Assembly (NCBI RefSeq): GCF_001194135.2
Contig: NC_069000.1
Span: forward strand, 29,846,214-29,910,213
Reading direction: 5' to 3'
Length of the DNA stretch: 64,000 nucleotides
Source: Octopus bimaculoides
Lineage: Eukaryota
Position numbers and translations under genes: made by a program
Notes under the pieces: model-generated
Told to the model about the DNA's origin: nothing
Database searches by the model: none
The model's input: only the letters and a program-made list of their open reading frames with translations
Shown: positions 38,670 to 53,266 of the stretch, piece after piece
Numbering within the stretch: position 1 is the first letter of the stretch
How the letters are laid out: each line of letters starts with the position of its first letter

Positions 38670-41627
38670 CACACACACACATATATACAGAATGTATAAA
38701 CATCATCGTTTAAACATCTAAAACATCTACATTTCCATGCTTGCATGGGTCAGATATGAATCTTCAAAGCCAATTCTACAGTCAGATGCTCTTCCTCTCT
38801 CCAAATCTCACCCGTTTTTAAGCAAGGCAATATTTTCTCCTAGCTCAGACTAACAGATACATATGTATGCACTCAAGCATGTGCAAATAAACATGTTTAC
38901 ATTGACACACATGTATAGTCTAGCTACATAAGACATATTGCAAGAAATAAGATGCTCTGTATGCATTTATGCTAACATGTGACATGGAAAAAGCACCCAG
39001 TACAGTCTGTAAAGTGGTTGCTGTTAGGAAGGACATCCAGCTTTAGAAACCATGCCAAAAATGACATTGGAGCCAGACAGGACCTTGCAGCTTACTGAAT
39101 CCTGTTAAACCATCTAAGCCACGCCAGCATGGAAAACAGATGTTAAATGATGATGATGATGATAAATCTGCCAGGATAGAAAGTAGTCCCAGGAGCGGGA
39201 TCCTGGTGTGCAGTGAGGACATGGTAGGAAGAGATCTAAGTTAAACCCAGTCACAAAGGTGAAAAATGAAAAATTATTACAAACCTTCAAGTAATAAAGA
39301 ACTATTCCAGTATTCAAAATATCATCATCCATTCCACGAAGATGAGGTTGCTGGGAGTCAACTATGACCCCCATTGAACTTGATCTCTTACCCAGAGGTC
39401 GACGAATGCTTAGATCAGATTCCTGAAATTGATGACACTTAGAATGATAGAGGTAACATTTGATACAACAGTTAGACACATTTAAATGATAACAGTTACA
39501 GAGATTGATAAGGGGATGCATGAATATTGTTTATGCTGTTTAACCACAGGCCAACCCTCAATGAGCCGATCTATGATTAATCCTTTTGCAGTCAAATTAC
39601 TTTGTCAAATGTAATGCTTATTTATTCTCGTTTTGAATTAATGAGGTATCATTTTGTGGCTTTGGGGTTTTAATAATGTTATTGTTTACTTTTAGAATGA
39701 CATTGTAGGGTGGGTGTGAAAAGCTGGATCTGGCTGGTTTGAACAAAAAACAGGTAGAATGGCTGGTTTGAATGCTGAAGGGTTAAAGGCATTCCAGCTG
39801 TGATCAATTCACTTATTTTCTTTTAAAAATCTTTTCAGTTACTGTCACAGATTTAGGAATTTTAAAATTAAGTGAAAATTTCCAAATTTGGTATATTGAT
39901 TGATAATTCTTTTTCCTGCTGAATTCAATTTTTAGATTCATTTATTCCCATATAAGTTTAGAAAAATTTTACAAAGATTCAACGTTTGATAATTTTAAGT
40001 CCAATTAGAAAACAGGAATTGGAAACTGGCATTTTCTGTGTAATAGCTGTCTGTTCACAAAATAACAGACAAAAATAACACAGGCACAAAATAACATCAC
40101 TCATCAAAACTTGTGGTGGTGGTGGTGGTTGCACTGGTGAAAGTGTCACAATTGCCCAGCATCTTTGTTATGATGAAAACAGAGCAGATGACAGCTTTGC
40201 TTCTTACTATGGAAACAGACACCAAATGAGAGATTTAAGGTCATGTGTATACTGGTGGTTTTTGATTGGCTAAAATTACCCAGAATTTGCAAACTTTAAA
40301 AGTTATTAATTTTTTATTTATAAATTTACGATAAAAATGAATTTCATTTTCATTATTAGCATACAAAACTAAATCAGTTTAACCAGATTTGAAAACAATT
40401 GGAACAAAATTGAAAATATATGAAATCTGTGGCAGTAACTGAAAAGATCCTCTTCAGCTGGTGGGGTGTGATGACAGGGAGATTCGGTTGCTGTTTCTAG
40501 CAATTTAAGTGACTGTATAGAGGATTCTTTGTTGGTGTGACACATGAATAGTAGTATGACATAGTGTGTAATGGTATTGTTGTCAACTCTGATTCAAAGA
40601 CACTCCAGGTATGACTCTCCCATCTTTTTAAGGGTATGTATTCTTTTCTACTCTAGGCACAAGGCCCAAAATTTTGTAGTGAGGGAGCCAGTCGATTAGA
40701 TAGACTCCAGTATGCAACTGGTACTTAATTTATCGACCTCGAAAGGATGAAAGGCAAAGTCGACCTCGGCGGAATTTGAACTCAGAACGTAAAGACGAAA
40801 TACCGCTAAGCATTTCGCCCGGTGTGCTAATGTTTCTGCTAGCTCACCGCCTTTTTTAAGGGTATGTATTAATTGGACTACAGTATCCATTATTTAATCC
40901 TTTAGCATTCAGATTTCTTTGTCAAATGTATTGCTCATTTATTCACACCATTTAGAATTAATCTTGCATTATTTTGTAGCTTCAAGATTTCATTGGTGAG
41001 TTGGTATATTTTTAGAATGACACTGTAGGGTAGGTGTGAGAGGCAAGATCTGGTCAGTTTGAACGTAAAGCAGGTAGAATATTTGGGCTGGATACGGCCA
41101 GATTAAATACTAAAGGGCTAAGGCAGTAGAATGTTGGCTGCTATTTCTAACAGGTCAAGCAACCATATGGAAGCTTCCTCATTTTTATTTTAGACTGTAT
41201 CTAAGACTACAAAACCTAATTTAGCCTTCCTTCTTTAAGATGGATAGTATTATTTAAGGGAAATCTGGCTGCTATTTGTCAAGTGATCATGTAGTAGTTA
41301 CCTTGTTGGTACTGCCAGTAAGTAATGGTAGCATGTATCATCATTGCTAGAGCTATTTTGTGGTGGTGATATATATATATATTATAATGGAATAATTACT
41401 GTGAAGCATTGTGTAGAATATATTGCGTGTGTGTGACACACACATGCACATCGGTAACATTCGTCTAGTTCTTGAAAATGGGGTCATAACCTTGAAATAT
41501 TGAATACAAAGTAAGTCTACATTAATTCATATATTTGTTTCCTCGTGATTTACCTTGCATTTATTTCGGATTGCTTTGGCCTTACCCATGATCCTTTATA
41601 CAATATATATACATACATACATATATA

Positions 41628-41659
<32 letters not shown>

Positions 41660-41732
41660 CATATATATACATACATACATATATATACATACATACATAT
41701 ATATACATACATACATACATATACATATATAT

Positions 41733-41781
<49 letters not shown>

Positions 41782-43353
41782 CAAATATATATATATATAT
41801 AAATATATATATATATAGTGCAAACTGCCATGCTTCGCGGCAGTGAAAACATGGGCCATGACTGCTGAAGACATGTGTAAGCTTGAAAGAAATGAAGCTA
41901 GCATGATCTGCTGGATGTGTAATGTCAGTGTGCACACACGACAGAGTGTAAGCACCCTGAGAGAAAAGTTAGACATAAGAAGCATTGGATGTGGTGTGCA
42001 AGAGAGATGTTTGCGTTGGTATGGTCATATACTACAGATGGATGAGGAGAGCTGTGTGAAGAAATGCTACTCCCAAACAGTGGAGGGAATCTGGGGAAGA
42101 GAGAGACCTAGGAAGACATGGAATAAGGTGGTGAAGCATGACCTTCGTGCATTGGGCCTTACAGAGGAAATGACGAAAGACTGGGACCTCTGAAGATATG
42201 CAGTGACTGAGAAGACCCTGCAAATAAAGTGAGTTCACAGCTGTAACCGACACCAGTGTCGCATAACCAGCCCACTCAAAAAGTATCTTGGATCATAGAG
42301 TGACATACTGTGCTTGAGGAGACCTATTGAGTCAAGTACATCAACATCAAAATCACAATCAAATGGAAATTGTAGTTGTGGTCCCCGGACCGGTGGCACG
42401 TAAAAAGCACCATCCGAATGTGGCCAATGCCAGCACTGCCTTGACTGGCCTCCGTGCCGGTGGAACATAAAAAGCACCATCCGAATTGTGGGCGATGCCA
42501 GCCCCCGCTGGCCTGTACTGGTGGCACGTAAAAAAAGCACCCACACCTACACTCTCAGAGTGGTTGGCGTTAGGAAGGACATCCAGCTGTAGAAATACTG
42601 CCAGATCAGACTAGAGTCTGGTGTAGCCTCCTGGCTTCCCAGTCAAACCGTCCAACCCATGCCAGCATGGAAAACAGACGTTAAATGATGATGATAATAT
42701 ATAGCAGTGATATGAATGGTGAGATATGGCTGTGGTACAAGTGTGGTGTGAGGCTGTACTATGAACAGTGATATATCTCAACAACAGAAGACTGCTGTGT
42801 TGTGGCAGCAGAAGTATATAGTAGAATATGTTGTGGTGGCGGTCATATGTGGAAATAGTGTACAGTGGTGAAAATAGAGAGTAGCCGGTGGTGGTCAGTA
42901 GAGAGGGAGAAAGGGAGAGATATACTAATACTGACTGTTAAAATATCTTGTGTTTCTTGCCACTTCTCAATCCAGTGTCTGGTCAGTTGTTTGGCCTGGA
43001 ATATAGAAATATTTATTGTTAGACACACACACACACACAATTACTTATATGTCCACATCTATTTTAACAAATGCATACCTATGTCTACATTTAAGAATAC
43101 AACCCATACGCACATGCATATACAGACACCAATCTGCTATAACCTGCCTCTCTGTCTCAACTGGTACAAACATATTAAAATATACTTACAGCAGCCACAT
43201 TCTCCTCCAGTTTCTCGCACAGAAACACACTGGACTCCTGTAGTGACACTGCATTGTCTTTCTGCAATAGATAGGTTAAAGGAAGAAATTTAGTTTGTGC
43301 CTGTATACACAGATATCAATGGTTTTAACACATGCACACACAATTATCTACAC

Positions 43354-43387
<34 letters not shown>

Positions 43388-44735
43388 TGTTTGTGTGTGT
43401 AATGGTACTGCCTGGGCTTATAGAAGATATATATATATCTATACACACCCTCTCTCTTTCTGATTGTGTTCATGTAGATAAATGTATGTAGGCTTAACAT
43501 GTGTGTATGCATATCTCTTGTACATGTATGTTCCTATGTGTGTATGCATATCTCTTGTACATGTATGTTCCTATGTGTGTGTATTTGTCTGTCTCTCTCC
43601 TTTTTTTTATTCAATTATTTGAATTGTTCCTGTAAGAAATGTGCTGGTTTCTAACAAGAGAACATAGCGAAAGCTTCACTCCTGGAATTTGGATAACAAA
43701 AACAGAAAGAAAGAGTTACATGTTGTCTTGCATATTTTTAGTTCTGCTTAAAGATTGTATTTGTAAAGTGTTTATTAGCTGGTCATTTTCTTTGTCTGAA
43801 AGTCCTAGCTTTTCAAGTTACATTTACTAACATAGCCAAGTGCACCAATAATTATTGGTATAAAAATGAATTTATAATTAGGATAGTGAAACTGAAGGTT
43901 TTGAGACAGTTGTTCACTAATATTCTCTTTCTTATTGATTTTGGAAGAAGTGTTCACATCTGCAAGGTGGCTGGCTACTGTGACTGGCCATAATTTTATT
44001 TTTCTGTCAAACAATTATTTCATGCCTCTTATGTTAACACTTGGTAGAAATTTTGATACGAATGTACCACTAATATTCTTTGTATAAATCTGTATTCTAT
44101 ATTTAGTCCAGGGCAATCCTTCCTATCAATGTTACAATGGGAAGTAGTAACTTGACATTTTTTGGCAGGTACTATGTAACACCTTCCCCCCAAAATGGGA
44201 TATAATTGACATTTTCAGTTACATCTTAAAAGTTTAAGGTGCTTATGATGTTTCTTGTTCATTAGGTGTTTCATGACTGTCCTGCCCCTAGATTGCAAAA
44301 GCATAACTTTTAAAGTGCAAAATGATGTAATGGTTATGAGTCCAAGAGAGGTTATACTTAATATTGACATCAACCTTAAACTTACAGGAAACCAATATAT
44401 AAACTTTTTGTAGTATACAAGGTTTGAACACTTGCTTGATATAGTCATTTTCGCTCTCTTTCTTTAGCAGATGCTGTTTGAGATATACCACAAGATACTC
44501 AGAGGTTGTCTGCACTGATACTAAATTTCTTCTTCCCTCTTTTCTATTGAGATAAAGCTTATCAATATCATGGCCCCTGTGGAAGCATCAAATTAGTGCT
44601 TGTATCTTAAGGATCATAAATATCTGTGGATGGATTTCCTCTACAGACCAGTTGGGTGTATTGTCTTGTTATAATGGGAAATATTTTTTGAAGCCTGGTA
44701 TAAAATGCTTTAGTCACTATCTTTGTTTACAACAC

Positions 44736-44770
<35 letters not shown>

Positions 44771-44930
44771 CGCAGGAGTGGGAGTGTGGTAAGTAGCTTG
44801 CTTACTAACCACATGGTTCCGGGTTCAGTCCCACTGCGTGGCACCTTGGGCAAGTGTCTTCTATTATAGCCTCGGGCCGACCAAAGCCTTGTGAGTGGAT
44901 TTGGTAGATGGAAACTGAAAGAAGCCCGTC

Positions 44931-44969
<39 letters not shown>

Positions 44970-45183
44970 TGCAGTGAGTTTACCCATGTATGACTTTGAT
45001 GAGACATTGTGCATTCAGTCAGCAATTTGTGAATGTATGTATAACTGGAGGAAAAAATCTGTATTTACTTTAGTGAGTATGTATATGCCGTTATATATTG
45101 TTTGTACACAGTCATACTATCACTAACCTTACCTTGGTGCTTTCATTATCTAAATACCTGGTTCTCTTCAATCCTGGAAATTT

Positions 45184-45220
<37 letters not shown>

Positions 45221-46382
45221 ATGCATGTATTTATCAGAAAACTATACATAATCTTTGTGTGTGGAATGAATCTTGTGTGGTATGGGTGAATATATAACAA
45301 ATTCTCAGTAAAACACCATAAATAATGTAAAAACAAGTTCCAGGCATTGTTTTTTTTTTTACCTATTTCCATTAACCTTTTTTCCTATTAAAAATAACTC
45401 AAAGCCAAACAAAAAATGCTTACTCTTACATCTATTTTGCATATTGCTAATAGTTTGGCAACCATTAAAATATGGTTAGAGGTTAAGCACCCATCTAAGG
45501 GATAATAAATATCCAATATACTACTGGATGTATACCTATGTGTTTATATCCAAGTGCTTACTGTTGTAGAGCAGTATTGCAATTGAATAATAGGTATGAG
45601 TGGGGGTAAAAAAGAAATTTACCCAGAATTTATAAGGCAAATAAGAAAATGGAGAGGATAATCAGTCAACAAACATCAGCCTGTAAACATTCCTTTGGAT
45701 CTATTTATTAATTAATTACAATCATATGCATAAGTAATCAAAATAAACAAATAAACAAGTAAATAAATAGATAAACAAAAATAAAAGAATGAATAAGAAT
45801 AAATGAGTGAAAAATACTAAACTCTTACAGCTGTTTCTACTATGGGGTTATCCAATTTACCAAGTTTTCCACATCATACCAGTAATATACAGTGATTGTA
45901 CAAAGGTTGGACAAACATTGGACAGGGGTTGGACAATAATTGAGCCCCAAAGCTTCATCAGAGAGACCATAATGTTAGGAATCTAACATGTGAGGAAATA
46001 AGGTAAAATAATAACGTAAAATAATGACATAATAGAAATAGTAAGGAATGGTAAAAACGTCAATTCCAATGATGTTTGTCGATTGATTATCCTCTCCATT
46101 TTCTTATTTGCATTATATATATATATATGTGTGTGTGTGTGTGGGAGGATTGAATAGTATAGTCTTATGGAGGGAATATACTATGAATTCTTCACGTGAT
46201 TCTGTGCCAGTTTGAAACAAATACACTTTAATATACAGAAGTTTTAGGTTTCATTCTATCTTTGGTATAAAGAAAAAAAATTATGCAGTAACATCTGGTA
46301 TGGACAGGATGCACGTTCATACCCATATATAATAATATACACATATACAAACATTATATATATATATATATANNNNNNNNNN

Positions 46383-46416
<34 letters not shown>

Positions 46417-47989
46417 TATACACACACAGTGTAGATTACACAGTAACAGGGTATATGGTTTAGGGACTACTCAATAGGTGTGAGATGATCCCCTTTCCTC
46501 CAGCTGTGGGCTAATGAGCCATATCCAGCCTATAGCAAGTAAATCCAAGACATAGCAAAAATGTGACACCTCAATGGTGAGGTGAGAAATAGCAGAGAAA
46601 GATTTGAGCAGCTGAAGAGTAATAATAGTATAGTAAGTTAAGAAGGGTACTGAAATAGAAAGGGAGCAGGGAAAGGGAGTCAAGCAATATGGTGAGCACA
46701 GAATAAGAAAGAAATGGATGATATGCAATCACATGAGGGAACAGGTAGACACGGGCAATGTCCAAACATAAAAATGAAATGGTGATATGGTGTAAGTGAC
46801 GTAAGTCTGATTGTTCTTTATGTTAGGAGATAGGATATGGCAATCTGGGATATGAGAAACAGATGAAAAGCAGAATAAATAAGTGTTGTATGGTTTAATG
46901 GTTGTGGTTTATTTTCAGGTCTGCTCTAATTGTGTACACCTATGATCAAAGGTACTCCAGCCGTAACCATCCCATTTTTCCTTCTTGCATTGTATATCTA
47001 GGGCTACCTAATCAAATGTGTGTGTGTTTCTGTCTAATCTTTTCCAAGATAGCAGGGTACAGTTTGAGAGAAATTTAGCTGCTATTTCTAGAACATCAAT
47101 GAAGCTCCCTTGATGTATATACTAAGGATGGTATGGTGGTAGAAGTGTTGTGGTGTTTTAGTAAAGGTATCATGGTGTAGAAATAGTGTCATAGTGGTTT
47201 GTTCAATATTGGTTTTTAATTGGTTTCTAATTTTGGCACAAGGCCAGTGATTTGTGGCGGTGAGGGTGGGGGGATAAATCAATTACATTGACCTTGGTAC
47301 TCAAATGGTACTCATTTTATTGATTCCGAAAGGATAAAAGGCAAAGTTGACCTTGGTGACATTTGAACTCAGAACGGGAAGATGGATGAAATGCCATTAA
47401 GCATTTTGCCTGACATGCTAATGGTTCTGCCAGCTTGCTGCCTTTGGTCTGTTCAATACTGATGGTGGGGGAAGAAGATGGAGAATAACATTATAAGCTA
47501 CATGACCAACCCCACATGTACATAGGTGTATTATAGCATACAAAATATGCATGTGAATATCAATTTGTGTGTGTTTGTGTATGAGTGTATATGGTTGCAA
47601 AATAAACTTTGTAAGCTTGTGGTTTTTGGTTTGGTCGCAGTGGGACACCGTCTCTTGTACTATGGCCTAAGGCCAACCACTGTCACCTGAGTAGAAATGG
47701 TAGGTAGAAACTGTACTGTTATGTTTGTGCAAAAGAACTTAAGTATATGAGTGTCGACTGTGTGTGTCCTCCTTAATAACGTCTCAGCCAAACACGGTGA
47801 CATTGTTTATGTTCCCCAATAAACAAATGTTCCGTGCAATGAAAAAAACAATACGTTACCTGATAAACAAATGAGGGGTTGGTGACAGGAAGAGCATCGG
47901 GATGTAGAAAATCTGCTTCAAAAAGTTTCATCTTACCCATGCCAGCATGAAAATGTGGATATGTTGATGATGATGATGATGATGATGAC

Positions 47990-48040
<51 letters not shown>

Positions 48041-48236
48041 GAGAGAAAGAGAAAGAAACAGAAGATCTATACATATATACAGATATATATATACAGATAT
48101 ATATATATATATTCAGAGAGAAAGAGAAAGAAACAGAAGATCTATNNNNNNNNNNNNNNNNNNNNNNNNNNNNNNNNNNNNNNNNNNNNNNNNNNNNNNN
48201 NNNNNNNATGTTGATGATGATGATGATGATGATGAC

Positions 48237-48287
<51 letters not shown>

Positions 48288-51200
48288 GAGAGAAAGAAAC
48301 AGAAGATAGACAGATAGATAGACACATGGATGTATATAATGAGATGCTGGGGAAGGGATAGAGGAAAGAGATAGAGATAAGTTTCACCATGGCAACAAAA
48401 GATAGAAGGATATAAGAGAGATGAAGAGAGAAGCAAGAATGAGGTTAAGTAAAAGTAAACAACATCATCTTCAAAACAGTTTTACCAGATCACTCACTCC
48501 AAGACATGGCTCTGGGACAGGTTTCCGCTGGAGGAAGAAAAATAACAAAAAAAAAAGACAGTGGTAATTATAGACAACTATCTCAGGATCTATAGACATG
48601 TGAATGATAAACTGTGATACAGAGACAAACGATAAAAATAATAATAATGGTTTCTAACAGAGGCACCAGGCCCGAAATTTGGGAGGGAGGTTCATCATCA
48701 TCATCACCAACATTTAATGTCCATTTCCATGCTGGCATGGGTTGGATGGCCTGACAGAAACAAGGCCAGGAGCTGCACCGGGTTCCAGTCTGAAATTTGT
48801 GAGGAGGGGGACTAGTCGATTACATCGACCCCAGTGTTTCACTGGTACTTAATTTATCGACCCCTGAAAGGGATGAAAGGCAAAGTCAGCCTCAGCAGAA
48901 TTTCAACTCAGGACATAGAGACAGACAAAATGCTGCAAAGCATTTCACCTGGCGTGCTAATGATTCCACCAGCTTGCCATCTTAATAATGATAATAATAA
49001 TGATGATGATTTCTAGCATAGTCACAATGTCACAAAATCACAAATTTTCAGCAAGAGATACAGTGCCATTTTCAAATTGATGCCAGCACTATTTTATTGA
49101 CTCTAGAAGGATGAAATGCAAAGTTGATCTCTCTAGGATTCGAACTAAAAAAACACAAAGAGAAATAACTAAATACCATAAGGTATTTTGTCCTTCACTC
49201 AATAATAATAATCATTATTTCTAACATAAGCACAGGGCCAGAAATCTGTGGGGAAGAGAATTGTCAAATTAACTCCTCTTCTTTTCTGATTCTGTATTAT
49301 ATCAAACTTGGGCACAACACAAAGAGGGGCTACACAGTATGGGATAACATCATATATAAAAAAAAAAAGACAAGTAATAAAAAAAAAAAGGAAATGTCCC
49401 TACTGGGGGAGGAGAACAGTGATAATTTCTAACATTGGTACAAGGCTAGAAACCAGGAGGGAAGTGGGGGAGTTAATAATATCAACCCCCACTGGTATTT
49501 GGCAGGTATTTTATTTTATCAACACTGGGAAAATGAAAGGCAAAGGTGACATCAGTGAGATTTGAACTAGGAATGCTTGAAGAGCCAAAACAACTACTGC
49601 AGGACATTTAATCATTTGTTCAACAATAATGATAATAATAATAATGGTTTCTAACATAAGTAGAAATCGACAAATCTGGGGTACACGAGATCAGATGATT
49701 ATATTGAGCACAACTGTTTGAGTCAATCAGGCAGACAGTAGTGCAGTAAGAACACATATAGGCTAACATGTATAGGCTAACTCACCGTCTGTGCTGAGAT
49801 CAGCATCACTCTCAGATGTTCAATTTCTCTCCTCAACTCTTTAATTAATGTCACATTAGAGTCCTGTAAAGATAATAATACAAATGTATATTAGAGAGAG
49901 AGAGAGATGTATGTTAGTGAGTGAGTTAAAAATGAAAGAGAAAGATAGGGGAGAGAGCAAGAGCAAAGAACTAAGACAAACATTTACTGTGATTCCTCTC
50001 AATGTACAATGTTCTTTGAGAATTGACCATGCTTCCTATCAGTCTCACCATGATACTTAAAGCCCCACTGCTATCATCATCAGCAGACAAACCATGATGT
50101 TTCAAGGTTTACCACAGTTCCCTCTAGATTTGTTATATTACCTCAAATTCATCAGTATCCTCACCTGTATCATTTAGTTTTGTAAGATACATCTATTATA
50201 TATCTAACAATACATGTAATACAGCCACCCCTATCACAACCATTGCATGCATACACACATACAACGCATATTAATGCAACAGTCTACTTCAACTATTCAT
50301 GAATGTCAGTCTATCAATAGTTCTTGGCAAACCTGACCAATATCACTGGTGTACAAACTTACACAAAATACATATATATACAGTGGCGGCTTGTGTATAG
50401 GCAATGCGGAACTGCAGCACCCCCTATTTCCATTCGATATTATCGATTACATTCAATATAATGAGTCGTTTTTTTCTTTAATTCTTTCTTTATATTTGTA
50501 CATTATATAATCCTTAAGCTTAATGTCAGTAGCCATCCCCTAGTTTATGAAAAAAATACAAAAATCCTTGTATAGAACTGTGTGCTTCACAGTTCCAGCA
50601 ACACAGTGTTTGGCTGTTGTGTGCATGCTCACATGTCTAAGATAGGAAGCTTCATGCTAAAGAGAGAGAGCACTGTCGTTCATGTAGTGCCAGTGAAAGG
50701 TAGTGTTTCTTTTTTATTCTGCATGTGTTGTACTTAAAAACGTCTTTATATTCTTGAAAGTGATGAAGTGTAGAATTAAATTATTATCCTGCTTCCAGCT
50801 TCAGTGTTGCTGCCAGGATTTGAAAAATAGGGCAGATTTTCTCCCCTTATTTTGTGATTTAGGGGTATTTTTGAAAAACAAGGAGGGATTCGCGGCAATG
50901 TTCAGTGAACAAATTAAACACACTACCCGACAGTGGCTAAAGCGAGAACTGATCAAGTTTATGTATAAATATTCTTTTTATATGTTTGTTTCCTTTTACA
51001 GAATATTAAAACAACAGCTAAACATTTTCTGAAACAGTACCCTCACTAATTTTATCTACGAGCTGCCACTGCATATACTTTATACATATATATGTATTTA
51101 TCTCCACTTAAACGTGCTTGTTCTGTTAGAACAATCTATACAGTGGTAGATGCCATGAGAGAAACTCTCCTATTGCCTTATGGTGCAAAATTCACTCTTG

Positions 51201-52539
51201 GGGATAAATATTGCCTCTCGGTATTAATATTGCCTCTGTTCCTAATACATATATCAAGCAATAATAATAATAAAATACAAGATTTTATAAATTTATATGA
51301 TAGACACAAGTTTATCTCATGGATACAAATGAAATAAACTTGTTAATTGTCATTTTGAGATTTGCACTGCATATCATCAGAAGTAATGCTATAAAGTATA
51401 GTAAAAACTAAACTGTTATGTTGGAAGCAGAGCGGATAATTTACATGGATCTTGAAACTCAACATCTAACTGTACACACAAAATATATTATATTTAAAAC
51501 ATACGATTTTTATAAAATTCTTTACTTTGAAGCTTCTGCTGATGAAATAAAGAAAAATGTATATAAATAATGAAAAGTAATGAAAAATGTATATAGATAG
51601 AGGGTGGGCCAAAAAGCGCACATAAAATACGTTCAATATGCTCTGGAATTGTTGAAGACATGCTTCAGTTCTTCTAAGTTTGAGCAAAATAAATAAAATA
51701 ATGATGAATATATATGATGAACGAAATGAATAATAATAACGATGTAATTTAAATTAAATGTCAAATGTTTTGGTGCATGATTTTGGGCCCACCCTGTTTG
51801 CATTAGTTCTATTTGTCCTGTTTGTTCTACCAAACCTAATTAACATATTTATAAATATAGATTTATAAAATACACTTGAAGGAGCAAATTCAAATGAGAA
51901 AATATGTCACAGATTGTGTAGTCAAGAGAAACCAAGACAATATATATATATTAAACATAAGCATGTTCTCATTTGCTCAGTATGTATAAACACTCATACA
52001 CACTCACACAAGCATTGATTTTACTCTCAACCCAGATTACACCAGTCTACCTCACCAACTACTCAGAATAGGGCAGTCTACTCCACTAACTAAACAGAAT
52101 AGATTGGTTTACTGTAATAACTATTTAAGGGTATGCCAAAATATCCAAACAACAATTTGGGGTAGGTCAGGTTGTACCAACAGTCACCTACATTAGACCT
52201 CTATCCAGGAGTGGGTGACTATGTCACAAACACAGGTGGGTTAGTTTATCCAGAAAGTACTCAAGTCCTCAGAATACATCATCAACACCACCAATTATGA
52301 TAATGAGTCAGTTTAGCCTATTTATCACATAATATAGGTAAAAGTTCCCCAAAACTGTCCTAGGTAGATTAGTCCACCCAATCGTTAGATAAGAATAGAA
52401 CAACTTACCTCATTAATTTTAGGTTTGTTGATGATACTTTTGGCTCTTTGCGAATATCTCAGAGTACTGACTGTCTCGTTGTAGTAAGCACTGGCTGGAC
52501 TGATAGCTGTTGGAAGATTAACACATTATAAACATACAA

Positions 52540-52588
<49 letters not shown>

Positions 52589-53228
52589 CATATATATANN
52601 NNNNNNNNNNNNNNNNNNNNNNNNNNNNNNNNNNNNNNNNNNNNNNNNNNNNNNNNNNNNNNNNNNNNNNNNNNNNNNNNNNNNNNNNNNNNNNNNNNNN
52701 NNNNNNNNNNNNNNNNNNNNNNNNNNNNNNNNNNNNNNNNNNNNNNNNNNNNNNNNNNNNNNNNNNNNNNNNNNNNNNNNNNNNNNNNNNNNNNNNNNNN
52801 NNNNNNNNNNNNNNNNNNNNNNNNNNNNNNNNNNNNNNNNNNNNNNNNNNNNNNNNNNNNNNNNNNNNNNNNNNNNNNNNNNNNNNNNNNNNNNNNNNNN
52901 NNNNNNNNNNNNNNNNNNNNNNNNNNNNNNNNNNNNNNNNNNNNNNNNNNNNNNNNNNNNNNNNNNNNNNNNNNNNNNNNNNNNNNNNNNNNNNNNNNNN
53001 NNNNNNNNNNNNNNNNNNNNNNNNNNNNNNNNNNNNNNNNNNNNNNNNNNNNNNNNNNNNNNNNNNNNNNNNNNNNNNNNNNNNNNNNNNNNNNNNNNNG
53101 TGTATTAGTTTGATGCTTGAGAAAAATGGAAAAGTCTTTGACACTTTGAGCCTATAGTCTGTGACAGAGATGGATGAGGGAAAACATGGAGAGAGAAAAC
53201 ATGTTGGGATTAATGGTTTCAGATATTG

Positions 53229-53266
<38 letters not shown>

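Noticed and set aside
38418-38746. Many ORFs of YI/CV/HT repeats (also 41545-41985, 53606-53924, 11799-12154)
   Set aside because: Translations of dinucleotide and tetranucleotide microsatellites.
41471-41503. CTTGAAAATGGGGTCATAACCTTGAAATATTG, resembling a decayed Penelope hammerhead
   Set aside because: Core too degenerate to call, although the PLE-like context is plausible.
47955-48317. Duplicated (GAT)n-(TG)n-(TA)n-gagagaaaga block on both sides of an N-gap, with several ORFs
   Set aside because: Near-identical sequence flanking a gap suggests an assembly overlap artefact; the ORFs are microsatellite translations.
50080-50165. Minus-strand CUGAUGA...GAAAC with possible helices
   Set aside because: Needs a 4-nt insertion after the core and mostly G-U pairs; no inverted-repeat or family context; likely chance.
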